Origin: Octopus vulgaris
Taxonomy: Eukaryota
Reading direction: 5' to 3'
Length of the DNA: 64,000 nucleotides
NCBI GenBank assembly: GCA_951406725.2
Contig: OX597830.1
Coordinates: 34,100,001 to 34,164,000 of the forward strand
Positions 40,705 through 53,423 of this stretch are shown piece by piece (the stretch's first letter is position 1; each line of letters opens with the position of its first letter). Both the position numbers and the translations under genes were made by a program. The notes below the pieces were generated by a model, which saw only the letters and a program-made list of their open reading frames with translations, had not been told where the DNA came from and did no database searches.

Positions 40705-41005
40705 TTAGGCTTATGAGAAAAGGATGGCCTCCCTTTGCAAATACCATAAGGGCACAGATAGTGTGCCTAAAGCCAGCTGGAGACGATGATCTCCTGGGGC
40801 TAAAAAGCTACAGTAACACCCCCCTTTGTGGTTAGCCATATCGAAATGGCTGCTATACTTTACATTGATTAATTTCTGTAAATTAAGAATTCATGTTGTA
40901 TGGTATTTAATATACCTTTGTTGTTCATATACATGCCCCAAGCCTTTCTGAGTTATTTCTCTTTGTTCACTTTTGTTTCCTTCTCTGAGTGTGTGTGTGT
41001 ATGTA

Positions 41006-41040
<35 letters not shown>

Positions 41041-41853
41041 ATGCAAAAGACAAATAGAAACAGCAATAGAAATGATCAATACAAAGAAGTTAAAAATTCG
41101 CAAAAAATACAAAAAATATATATATATTTAAAATAATGAAACTTGAAGACAGGTTAGATAAAGCAGTTATATTTCTCGATAGTAACCACCACTACTGCCA
41201 CAACAGACCATACCACACTGCACCAAAGCCAATACAATATTCCACATCTCACCACCACACTCAACAAAAGTATTGTAGGTAGGTGCCCCCATCACTGCCA
41301 CAAGACTTGCCCCCAACGCCCCCATCTACACTATGATGTGTAGGGTGAGGAGAAAGAGAGGGATGTAGTGAAGAGTGTGGTGGAGTAATGGGACAGTGTA
41401 TATTGGCAAAGAATTTTATCCTCTGCAGTTCTTTCCATTAAGTATAAGATTGTCAAGACAGATTCATCAAGTTCTGTCTAAAATAACATCAGTTCTCTAT
41501 AGTCGCCTCTCTACAATTTTAGAAAAAGGCATTATTCCATTGTTTCCTTATTCTGGAAGATATAAGCAGCTTTTGGTGATATTTTGGAACAGAGTGTATG
41601 TGGGACAGAGAAAGGGGTTGATAGATAAAAGTGGAAGATATGGTGATGGCGATGGTGGTGGTGGTGGTGGTGGTAGTGATAGGGCAATACATGTGTATGT
41701 GTGTTAGTGCCTTCGGGAACGGCTATGAATATGTGTAGATATAAGTGCATTGATACATATGTCCATGTGTGAAATTATATATATATAGGCATACAAGTGT
41801 GCAGCTACACAAATACGACCCTCAGTATGCTAGTGTGTGTCTGTGTGCATGTG

Positions 41854-41893
<40 letters not shown>

Positions 41894-42164
41894 ATATATA
41901 TATATATATATATACATATATTCATATACTGTTAAGAACTTAGGTTGTAACAAAATGTACTGAAGACAAAAGCAATTTGTGTGGTTAATATAACAGATAA
42001 TACAATAAAAATTGACTCTTACAAATAAGATATCTTTATTCTGTAAAAAATCTCCAGAAAATAGAAGTAATAAAAACATGACTACATAAAAGTGGAGGGG
42101 AAATGTGACCAGATACAAAAAAAGAGAAAAGATCCATATGCTGTAGGTTTGCCTTTCCTCCTAA

Positions 42165-42485
42165 AATAAGTACCAGTTGAACACTGAGGTCAATGTAATC
42201 AATCTAACCCCTCCCCTCAAATTTTGGCAAAAGGCCAATAATTTCAGGTTGGGGTTAAATTGATTACATCGACCCCAGTATTCACCTGGTACTTATTTTA
42301 CTGACCTTGAAAGGATGAAAGGCAAGATTGACCTCAGCAAAGTTTGAACTCAGAGCATAACAACAAATAAAATGCTACCAAGCATTTTGACCAGCATGCT
42401 GGGCAAAATGCCTAACAGCATTTTTTCTGGTTTTACATTCTGAGTTCAAATTCCAATAAGGTAGCTTTTATCTTTTATTCTTTCA
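42165..42485. mobile_element. Composite of family A SINE pieces in both orientations
   Basis: Plus tail ~42165-225, minus body ~42230-400, plus head ~42395-485. Confidence 0.75.
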
Positions 42486-42587
42486 ATATTCCATACTGTA
42501 GTGATTCTTTTATCAGATATACATCATCTTCCTTGCCTGCATTTTGGGTAGACCGTTTAAGCAAAGAGGTACACATTTTTGTGACAT

Positions 42588-42892
42588 GTTGTTTGTTCCT
42601 TCTCGAGCCATTCCTGGCTCATAAGAGCTGGTTTCCAGGTTTCCTTGGTATATAGGTTCCATACCTGGATGGGACGCCGATCCATCGCAGGTGAGCTGCA
42701 AGATGCAGGAGGAAAGATTGAGAGAAGTTTGTGGCAAAAGAGTCAGCAGAAGTTCGCCATTACCTTCTGCCGGAGCTGCGTGAAGCTTAAGCGTTTCACT
42801 CATAAACGCACACATCGCCTGGTCTGAGATTCGAACCTATGATCCCTCAACCGTGAGTCCGCTGCTCTAACCACTAGGCCATGTGCCTCCAC
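42588..42892 (-). mobile_element. SINE family C, full length with 10-bp TSD
   Basis: TSD TTTGTGACAT at 42578-87 / 42893-902. Confidence 0.92.
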
Positions 42893-43337
42893 TTTGTGAC
42901 ATACTGCTGCTATATCTCTCCTTTGATTGACTCTCACCATTTCTAAAACCTCACTTATTCTTGTAATGCTAGTGAAGCTACCATTTTTTAATATTGAACA
43001 AGCTTGCATTGTTGTTACTGTTCTAAATATTTTTGTTTATGTTATGCAAATCTGAGTTTATGAAGGTCAACTTGCACTTATCTGCACTTGCTAGTGCAAC
43101 TATGTGTTCCATTGTTATATTTTCTGTTTGAATTTCATGTATCATGTGTAAATTTTATTTTCATATTAAAAAAAAATTCAGAATTTTGATTTTGTAATGG
43201 TTTCTTACTGTCCCAACAGTATAATAAACCATATTTGTAAGTTACAAAAAAAGCCAAAAAAAAATATAGTAATATGTTAAAGACAGATTTTTTGTTTAAA
43301 TCATCTATTGGAATCGATGTCCAAACATAACAATAAT

Positions 43338-43732
43338 AACAAGTGCACTCAGAAAGTGCAAACCTCTGCCAAGGCAACACCAATGTCCTCTCAACGATTG
43401 GCCAGACATGATATTTTAAATGAGAATATCTGAAATAAACTTGATTGCTCTCACAAATGAGAATACTAAAACTGAACCTGACTGCTCTCAAAAATTAAGT
43501 AAAAAAAAAAGGAAAAATAATCCAAAATTTTTCTCCAGTACCAGATCGATCCCAAAATCTAATCCAGAATCCTTGTCCGGTACCAGAGCAATTCCAAAAT
43601 ATAATCAGTTTGTGTTAGTTACGAGGTCAAATATCTCTGAAAGTTTCATCCAAATCCATCCAGCAGTTCTGGAGATATCTTGTCCACAGACCAACAAACA
43701 AACGAATAAACACGACTGAAAACAATACCTCC
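43338..43732 (-). mobile_element. Helentron/HINE-like element
   Basis: GCACTCAGAAAGTGC hairpin, CCTCTGCCAAGG subterminal repeat, GAAAACAATACCTC end; internal ~45-bp duplication. Confidence 0.72.
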
Positions 43733-43799
43733 TGCATGCTAATGATTCTGCAAGCTCACCCCCTTAATTATAATAATAATAATACTTTAAGGTGGCAAG

Positions 43800-44196
43800 G
43801 TGGCGAGCTGGCAGATACGTTAACATGCTGGGCGAAATGCTCAGTGATATTTCGTCTGCCGCTACGTTCTGAGTTCAAATTTCGCCGAGGTCAACTTTGT
43901 CTTTCATCCTTTTGGGGCCGATTAAACAAGTACCAGTTACTCACTGAGGTCGATATAATCGACTTAATCTGTTTGTCTGTCCTTGTTTGTCCCCTCTGTG
44001 TTTAGCCCCTTGTGGGTAGTAAAGAAATAGGTATTTCATCTGTCTTTACATTCTGAGTTCAAATTCTGCCAAGGTCAACTTTGCCTTTCATCCTTTTGGC
44101 ATCGATGAATTAAGTACCAGTTGTGTGCTGGGGTTGATCTGATCGACTGGCCCCCTCCCCCAAAATTTCAGGCCTTGTGCCTAGAGTAGAAAAGAA
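43800..44196 (+). mobile_element. SINE family A tandem dimer with two different tails
   Basis: First unit ends TTTAGCCCCTTGTGGG..AAAGAAATA; second starts GGTATTTCATCTG and ends CCTAGAGTAGAAAAG. Confidence 0.9.
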
Positions 44197-44524
44197 TAAT
44201 AATAGCACTTAATTTATTATTTCTTGGAGTTTGATGCAAACAGGACAAGTACAGGGATATATTTCTAATACAGTAAGGGTTTCAGAAATTCAAGTATGGA
44301 AACTCAGACATAGAAAACAACAACTTAAATGAAGAAGGAATGAAGCAAAAATGTATCCTAAAAAGTAGGGAACAAGCTGGAACCAATCAGGGAACTCCAC
44401 TGATTCCAGATTGCCCTTACTGCCCAAGAGCAAGTGCCCTGCACCTGCTGTGCTTACACAAAATCTTCATAATAACCTTATTTATACATTACACTCACAC
44501 ATGCAAATATATGCATCTATACAT

Positions 44525-44688
<164 letters not shown>

Positions 44689-44999
44689 CCATATTGACTT
44701 CACAGTTTCTGTGCACCATAAGTATATATATATGTATGCAGTGTACATCAAGTAAACTGCGTCATTCACAGCAGTTAATTTGAAGTCATATCTTTTGCCA
44801 ATTCCTTTGACAGCCTCAATCAATTTTACCACTCTTGCATATCATTTAAAATAAGTTAATTTCATATTTTAGAATTTCATTACATGCTATGCTTGCATTT
44901 CTTACTGCTGTGTAGATTGATTAATAATTTGTTTCAATCTGTGTGTGCTTATGTGAGTATGAGTGTGTGTGCATGAATATATATGTGTGTTGTGTGTGT

Positions 45000-45071
<72 letters not shown>

Positions 45072-45251
45072 GCACATGCCTCTGGGAGATATATAAAATT
45101 AAGTAGCTGTACATGAACATAAACGTATATATACCTAAACAGATAGGTCTGCATATGTACATGTGTGTTTATGGATATGTGTATGTGTGTATGTATATAT
45201 ACACACACACATCCATATATTCTCTTGCAAACACATATATATATACACATG

Positions 45252-45330
<79 letters not shown>

Positions 45331-46059
45331 ATTCACATATGTATATATGTATGTTTATACGTATATAAACATATATTTAATCAAGTATTCAAACATACAT
45401 ATAATTATCACTCTTTTAAATGCAACACAATTTGAGGTAAGCTATTAACAATAATAATAATAGTAATAATAATAATAATAATAATAACAATATTAATAAT
45501 AATATGTTTATGTATGTATGTGTTCATTTTTACTTCAATAGTAAGCATATATGTACATAAATGATTTTATACATATATATATATATATATATATATATTA
45601 CATGCATACGTAATTTCCTCTCACTCTCTCTACCTACTGCCCATATATATATATCTATACACACACACACACACACACACACACGTACATACCTGCACAC
45701 TATAAAGAAGGAAAGGCAGGTAGAACAAATGCAATCGTCACTCACAATACATGTAAATAACTGAAATTAAAAAAAAGGAGATAAATAGGGCATATATTTA
45801 CATAGACATGTACATATAAATATGGATTTCCCTATCTATATATGCAAATTAATTTTGATTTACAGAAGTGCTGACAATTATATTCCCCCAAAATGACTCC
45901 TTTCTATCATTCAAATTGGCAGGTGAGACTGATTGCTTTCTCAGATAATTCTTTAAAGTCTTTGAGGAATAAATTAATATAGCATATTTGTATAGACAAA
46001 GCAATTATGAGAGTGTTATTTAAAACTTGAATTTTAACTTATTTTCCCTATATATATAC

Positions 46060-46120
<61 letters not shown>

Positions 46121-46129
<9 letters not shown>

Positions 46130-46360
46130 TTATATATATACATACATATATGTACACTTATATATATACATACATATATGTACACTTATATATATACATA
46201 CATATATGTACACTTATGTATATACATACATATATGTACACTTATATATATACATACATATATGTACACTTATATATATACATACATATATGTACACTTA
46301 TATATATACATACATATATGTACACATATATATACATACATATATGTACACTTATATATA
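46121..46360. repeat. 28-bp minisatellite TATGTACACTTATATATATACATACATA, about 8 copies
   Basis: Directly visible periodicity. Confidence 0.9.
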
Positions 46361-46386
46361 TATATATATACATACACATATATACA

Positions 46387-46442
<56 letters not shown>

Positions 46443-47151
46443 TATATATATAAGATAGTGGTACAAGACATATATTTATAGCAGAGAGGGATGGATAGAT
46501 AGATAGATAGATATACTGTCGTATTTCAATATGTACATATGACAGAGTATTAAAATTAAAGCCTCTGTACACAATGAACTATAAGCAATTTATATAAATT
46601 TGAAAATTACAAATATGTTAGATGTATATCTTTGTAATGCATCATGTGTATCCATGATGTGTTTAAGTAACATGTATGTATTTATGTGTTCTTCTGTGAT
46701 GACATGAAGGTATACATGTGGTTGTATGGTTAAGCATTTCAGTATGAAAGCATATGACTCCCAGTTTGTTTCCACTGCTTGCAGAAACTTGAAGTGCATA
46801 TGTGTGTATCTTTGCATGTTTTAAGCTGCGAAACAGTTGTTGTGATATAAAAATTTCCAATGCATAAATGAATTTTATCATACTATTTTCTCTCTTTATG
46901 TATAACTTAATACACTCCTTATGGTTTTCTCTTGGATCATTCCATATATTCTGTATGTTTTATAGAATACATTAAGGAGATTTTTTATGACTACCACCAG
47001 ATTAGCTTAATCCAGATATTGTTACTTAAATTTATATATATTTGTCTCTAATTTAATATAATATAATATTTTACTATAAAATTGGATTCAATCCTAAATC
47101 TGATTTTTCCCTGTAAGTTTGGATTTATTCCCTAATATTTATTATTATATT

Positions 47152-47217
<66 letters not shown>

Positions 47218-47287
47218 GTATATATATGTATATATCATGTATATGTTATAAAAATATATATACATATGCATATATACATATATATAT

Positions 47288-47537
47288 TCATCGTTTGTCG
47301 GCTGCCCATCTACTGCTCATTTCAAGCATTGAACACTAATAGGCTCTGAAGGCAGTTGCTCCCACAAATAGAAAAAAAAAAAATCAGGACCTCCACTGTC
47401 CTGTTTTCATTCCCAATTTTGACATTCCATAAATCCCAAATTTTGTTTTGGTATTTGTGGGAGCAACTGCTTTCAGAGATTTGTATTGTCACTCAGTGTT
47501 CGAAATGAGCAGCAGATAGGCAGCCAACAACTGATGA
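47288..47537. repeat. Inverted repeat, ~80-bp arms (pLTR-like)
   Basis: GGCTGCCCATCTACTGCTCATTTC..CTCTGAAGGCAGTTGCTCCCACAAATA versus TATTTGTGGGAGCAACTGCTTTCAGAG..GAAATGAGCAGCAGATAGGCAGCC. Confidence 0.85.
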
Positions 47538-47766
47538 GGAGTCATTCTTTATGTTACTTATCCTGTTTTCCCTTTGTTTCTCTTGTTGTTTACGTATTCA
47601 ACTCATTTGTTTTCGTATTTCATGTTGCTTATTGTTTGTGACATCCTGTACCATGCATGCATATATATATATATATATATATACAAATATATATATATAT
47701 ATTGCTGATAAAAATGGTAAGACAACAAAAGAAAGAAAGAGACCTCGATATTATTTAAATAGAGGA

Positions 47767-47999
47767 ATTTATCTGTAAATGTAATATGTGACAATTATTC
47801 AGTAGCCATGATAAAACTCCGACTTTCGGATGCCGAGGTGGAAATCCACGCTGGCATCTCTTCGGTTATCCGGCCATTGGAAAAACTGATGGCTGGATAA
47901 CTGAAGAGATGGCAGCATGGATTTCCACCTCGGCATTCAAAACTCAGAGTTTTATAATGGCTACTGAATAATTGTCACATATTACATTTACAGGTAAAT
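47767..47999. ncRNA. Palindrome with a degenerate hammerhead in each arm (inverted Penelope pLTR-like)
   Basis: ~110-bp arms; merged consensus GATAA-CTGAAGA-GATGCC..GTGG attt CCAC..GGCATC-C-GAAA-CTC g GAG-TT-TTATC. Confidence 0.7.
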
Positions 48000-48258
48000 A
48001 TATATATATGACATGATATAAGTATGGGAGAACACAAAACAAGTGTGGCATAGGACTTGACAAAGTAGTGCTCAGATAGGGGTGAACTTCTTAGTCCAGA
48101 AAGGCGCCTCTAGAGTAAACAGTTGGCTATAAGGGCAATCCTTGTCAAGTGGTACAGAAGTAGAAGGATAAATGAATACAATTAGGCTGAATATGTATAT
48201 TTACATGGAATATAAAGTACATAATAAAGAGTACAAAGTAAATCAAAGAATTTATGCA

Positions 48259-48454
48259 ATAGTCTTGACAGCTGTTTCAGGTGAACCATGACTTATGCTG
48301 TATCCACATAACAAAGCCTATGATGTCTTGGGCTTATGGAATAACATACGTTTCTATGGAATTGTTATGCAAAATTGGAAGAATATACCAAAAGGTCTTT
48401 GCCATATTCTTCCAATGAAATTAACCTGAGCAACTGGTGATCTCCTCAGACTAT
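48259..48454 (-). ncRNA. Hammerhead-like motif with ~165-nt multi-hairpin insert
   Basis: Minus: ATAGT-CTGAGGA(48443-49)...CCT-GAAAC-AGCT-GTC-AAGACTAT; internal hairpin TTGGAAGAATAT/ATATTCTTCCAA. Confidence 0.5.
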
Positions 48455-48528
48455 GAACCCTGGTGGGAAAAATAGTACTCGAATACCAGAGGTAGAGTAA
48501 TATGCCTTATTAATAAATAATAAATATA

Positions 48529-48559
<31 letters not shown>

Positions 48560-49567
48560 ATGTATGTGTAGTTTGTCCGTCGATGCGACGAAGACTATCT
48601 AGTCATTGTGGTGTGGGAGTGGGGTTGTTATATAGATAGACAGAATAAGAATACAACGGACATCAATAATAACACACAGACAGATAGACGGTGCAAAGAC
48701 AGACAGGAAGAACCAGGACGGATCATTTGTGGCCTTCTGTTCATCAGCCAAGTTTCCAGTTATCATTACAGTTTTGGCCTGTTACACTGGAGTCTATTAA
48801 AAATTAGTTGGCCACAAAAGTCTAAGCTAAGAGCATTACATTTTTGGAAGAAAGCAAGTGATTGTGTATGAAAACACAGACAAAGAAAATGGAGAAAATG
48901 TTACATGATTACAAATACAAGCAACAAGAGAATAACAACAGGTGTCTTTCAACTAATAAGGATGATTTAAGTTGAGCTGGTGTGTGGAGTGAAAGCCTTG
49001 AGGCACAAACATAGATGAAAGTCAGGAGACAGGAAAATAAGGTTTTGTATGGGTGGCAGTCAGGTCAAGAAAGAAAGATCATGCTTGGCTGAACACTAGT
49101 CATGTGGAAGGAGTGGAGAGAGGGAGGGGACAGAGGGATTGAAGAATTAGGAAAGGAACTAGATAGAGAGAGACAGAAGAAGGGACAGAGGAGAAGGTAC
49201 TAGGGAGATAATGAAGTGGGGAGATTAAAGAAAGAGAATGCAAAGAAATGTGAGAGACAGGCAGTGAGAAAAAGAAAGGAGGAAAGAAAGAAGAAAGTAT
49301 AAAAGTATAAGGGGGACTAAAAGAAGGAGGAAAAAGTCGTATAGAATTTAGATAAATACTTAGAAGGTAAGCAAAAGGAGTATGTATACTATATATGTAT
49401 ATATAAATATAAAATGGAGTACAATAAAAATAAATGGACAAATAGACGATACAAAGATGGACAGTTTATCTTCTGCTTCTTGTGTTAAACTTTAACATTG
49501 CATAGAAGACATTGGTTTGCGGTATGTATTCTGACTGTGTACTCCAAGTTTAAGTATTGCCAATAAA

Positions 49568-49874
49568 TATGTTTGTTTGTTCCTTCTCGAGCCATGCCTG
49601 GCTCATAGGGCCAGTTTCCAGGTTTCCTTGGCGTATAGGTTCCCCACCTGGATGGGATGCCGGTCTGTCGCAGGTGAGCTGCAAAATGCAGGAGGAAAGA
49701 GTGAAAGAAATTTGTGGCGAAAGAGTCAGCAGAAGTTTGCCGTTACCTTTTGCTGGAGCCGCGTGGAGCTTAGGTGTTTCTCTCATAAATACACACATTG
49801 CCTGGTGTGAGATTCGAACCTGCGATCCCTCGACTGCAAGTCTGCTGCTGTAACCACTAGGCCATGAACCTCCA
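49568..49874 (-). mobile_element. SINE family C, full length
   Basis: Same head, V-like domain and tail as 42588; TSD-like AATAA(A/C)TATG. Confidence 0.9.
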
Positions 49875-50194
49875 TTAATAACTATGGACCAGTGTATAAT
49901 GCTGGGTAGGTAGAATTGTTAGAGTTAGGCTGGCTGTTCTGGGTTCAAATCCAGTCTTGTCACTAGTAAGGGAATACTTTTCTCTTAGGAATTGTGATTG
50001 AGAGGTAATATCAGCCATTGTAAGACCAATGGAAACAGGTTTCTTGGTTCAATAGGAAGATCAACTGCTGCCACAGCCTATTTCCCTTTTTCTTCTCCAC
50101 TCACTTTTTCTCTTCCTTCTCTCACTTCTTCTCTCAATGTATATGTATATATGTGTATATCTATCTATATGTGTATATATGTGAGTATATATGA

Positions 50195-50444
50195 ATGTTC
50201 CTTCTCGAGCCATGCCAGGCTCATAAGGGCCGGTTTCCCAGTTTCAGTGGCATAGCAATTCCCCACCTGGATGGGACGCCAGTCCATTGCAGTGTTACTT
50301 ATTTTTGCCAGTTGAGTGGACTGGAGCAAGGTGAAAATGAAGTGTTTTGCTCAAGAACAGAATGCATTGACTGGTCCAGGAATCGAAACCACTACCTTAC
50401 GATCATGAGTTCAACACCCTAACCACTAAGCCCTGCACCTCCAC
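50195..50444 (-). mobile_element. Chimeric SINE: tRNA head + CORE-like + V-like domain + family C tail
   Basis: TTGCTCAAGAAC (shared with 25510) joined to CCTGGATGGGACGCCAGTCCA and TTCCTTCTCGAGCCATGCC (shared with family C). Confidence 0.8.
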
Positions 50445-50466
50445 TGTGTGTGCGTGTGTGTGTGTG

Positions 50467-50516
<50 letters not shown>

Positions 50517-51427
50517 TGCACACTTATATATTTGTATGTATGTATGTGTCATTGTTCTATGTCTGCATGTATGTATGTTTGCAAAAAGTTATACATCCAA
50601 GAATTTATACGATATGTTTTCAGAAAGAATTCCCATTAATTTCTATAACTAATTCTGGAAAGTTTGCTTCATTATTAATATTTATGAAGACTATAGTTGT
50701 TTGAACTTATTTCTTATTTCTATACATGTGAGGGATTATATATGTATGTGTATAATATATTATATACATGTGTGTGAATAAGCGTGGGTATAAGAAATTA
50801 ACTACATGCCTGCTAGCAAAATGCATAAACAAGTAAATGGACTTGGATAAAAATCATTGCCAAGAAAAAAAAAATTGAAAATTAGGGGAAAATAACAAAA
50901 ACAAAAAAAATTAGACCCTGCATATTTCAGATAAGTCAATTCTTTGTTTTCTTTCTCTGTATGTGAATGTATGTATATTTACATACGAACACACACACAT
51001 GCATGCACGTGCACACACACGCACACATGCACACATGTGCGTACACACACACACACTAACACACTAGTGCATACATATACGTATATGGAAGAACTTTTGT
51101 ATGATAGGTAGATTTGAATCTAATTTTATGACTGATTTTTTGTATAATTTATGTAGATATGAATATGTGTTTGCAAGATGTGTATTATATATATGCATAT
51201 ATATACATATATATGTGTGTGTGTATATATATGTGTGTGTGTATATATATATATATGTGTGTTTATATATGTGTGTATACATATGTATATATATATGTAT
51301 ATATATATGTGTGTATATATATGTGTGTATACATATGTATATATATATGTATATATATATGTATATATATATGTGTGTATATATATATGTGTGTATATAT
51401 GTGTATATATATGTGTATATATATATA

Positions 51428-51470
<43 letters not shown>

Positions 51471-51514
51471 ATATATATATATATATGTATATATATGTGT
51501 GTATATATATATAT

Positions 51515-51742
51515 TTCTTTACTATCCACAACGGGCTAAACATAGTGGGGACAAACAAGGACAGACAAAGGGATTGAGTCGATTACATCGACCCAGTGCG
51601 AAACTTGTACTTTATTTATCGACCCCAAGAGGATGAAAGACAAAGTCGACCTCGGCGGAATTTGAACTCAGAACGTAACGCCAGACGAAATACGGCTACA
51701 CATTTCGCCCGGTGCGCTAACGTTTCTGCCAGCTCACCGCCT
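51515..51742 (-). mobile_element. SINE family A, young
   Basis: AAAGTCGACCTCGGCGGAATTTGAACTCAGAACG..TTTCGCCCGGTGCGCTAACGTTTCTGCCAGCTC. Confidence 0.92.
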
Positions 51743-51745
51743 ATA

Positions 51746-51854
<109 letters not shown>

Positions 51855-52055
51855 GTATATATTATGTATATATGCATGTGCATGTGTGTTGTTTGTGTGA
51901 GCTTAGAGAGAGAGTGGAAGTCAGAGACAAGGAGAAAGAATACCAATATATGAAGGCAAAACAATGGAACTTACAATGTACTACCAGATTTGTTATGCAA
52001 AGGCAGAAACATGTGTAAAGGAAGAGTATCTAGCTTTCAGCATATCATCCTCATC

Positions 52056-52427
52056 ATTATTTCTCCTGCCTTTGCGAAGGCAGAGGTATTGTTTTCAGTT
52101 GCTTTTGTTGGTTTATCCATGGACAAGATATCTTAAGAACTGCTGGAAGGATTCGGATGAAACTTTCAGAGATGTTTGGCCTCATGACTGGCATAAACTG
52201 TTTAGATTTTGGGATCGATCCATTACCAGACAAGGATTCTGAATTATTTTTCCTTTTTTATTTTATTTCTTAATTTTTGTGAGAGGTTGGGTTTACATTT
52301 AGTATTCTCATTTGTTATAGCAATCAAGTTTATTTCAGATATTCTCATTTTAAAAATCATCTCTGGCTAATTGTTGAAATGAAGGTGTTGCCTTGGCAGA
52401 GGTTTGTACACTCTGAGTGCTCTTGTT
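52056..52427 (+). mobile_element. Helentron/HINE-like element, full length
   Basis: 5' hairpin CTGCCTT-tgcg-AAGGCAG, subterminal CCTTGGCAGAGG, 3' ..ACTCTGAGTGC, T-rich flanks. Confidence 0.72.
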
Positions 52428-53087
52428 ACTATTATTTCAATGTTCATTTATTCATACTGCATAGAGCATCACTGGTGCCAGGCTCTACCAACCTTTATCT
52501 TTCCCTTAGATTACATTTGTGGCATGGAAAAGGAGACTGGTATGCACAGGCAACTGCTGGTCTTCCATAATCAACCCTGCCCAGACTTGTGCCTCAGAGG
52601 GTATATTTCTAGGTGCAATCTCATGGTCATTCATTAGCTACAAATCTCTCCCTGCTCTTGTTATCATGCATAAACCTCCCCAAATCTTGCAAAATGTAAC
52701 CACTTTATTTTCTGTTCTCCCTTTCATAGAAGGTGGCTGTTTTGGTCTTGTGCTTAATAAGGCAACATCACTAGTGCTGGTGCCATGACAAAAGCACTTG
52801 GTATAATCTGTAAAGTGGTCAGCATTAAAAAGTGTATCAAGCTGAAGAGACCATGGTCAAAATGAAAGATGTGGAGCAAGACATGGACCTTGGAAAGATT
52901 GGATCCTGTCTTAAGGTACAACCTATACCATCATGGAAAGCAGATATAAAAATGATGATAATGAAATATATATATGTATATATATGAATATGTATATATA
53001 TATATATATATGAATATATATGCCTATATATTCATATAAGCGTTCATGTGCTTATATATATGTGTGCATATAAACACATGCATATCA

Positions 53088-53123
<36 letters not shown>

Positions 53124-53154
53124 AAATCTATATATAAAGGCATATATGTGTATG

Positions 53155-53185
<31 letters not shown>

Positions 53186-53388
53186 ATGTATATGTATATA
53201 TATATATTTATATTTATAATCATTCAGGTTTATAAGAACTTATACATGAACTTGTCATGTTTTGTGAAATCTTATATATATGTGTGTGTGTGTGTGTGAA
53301 TGTGTGTGCCCATGCATGTGTGTGAGCACTTGTATGTATCTATGTATGCACATATGTATATTTACATCCATCTTACATACATTTTTGG

Positions 53389-53423
<35 letters not shown>

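Noticed and set aside
41375-41707. 110-aa non-repetitive ORF
   Set aside because: GTG start, no motif, no supporting splice structure
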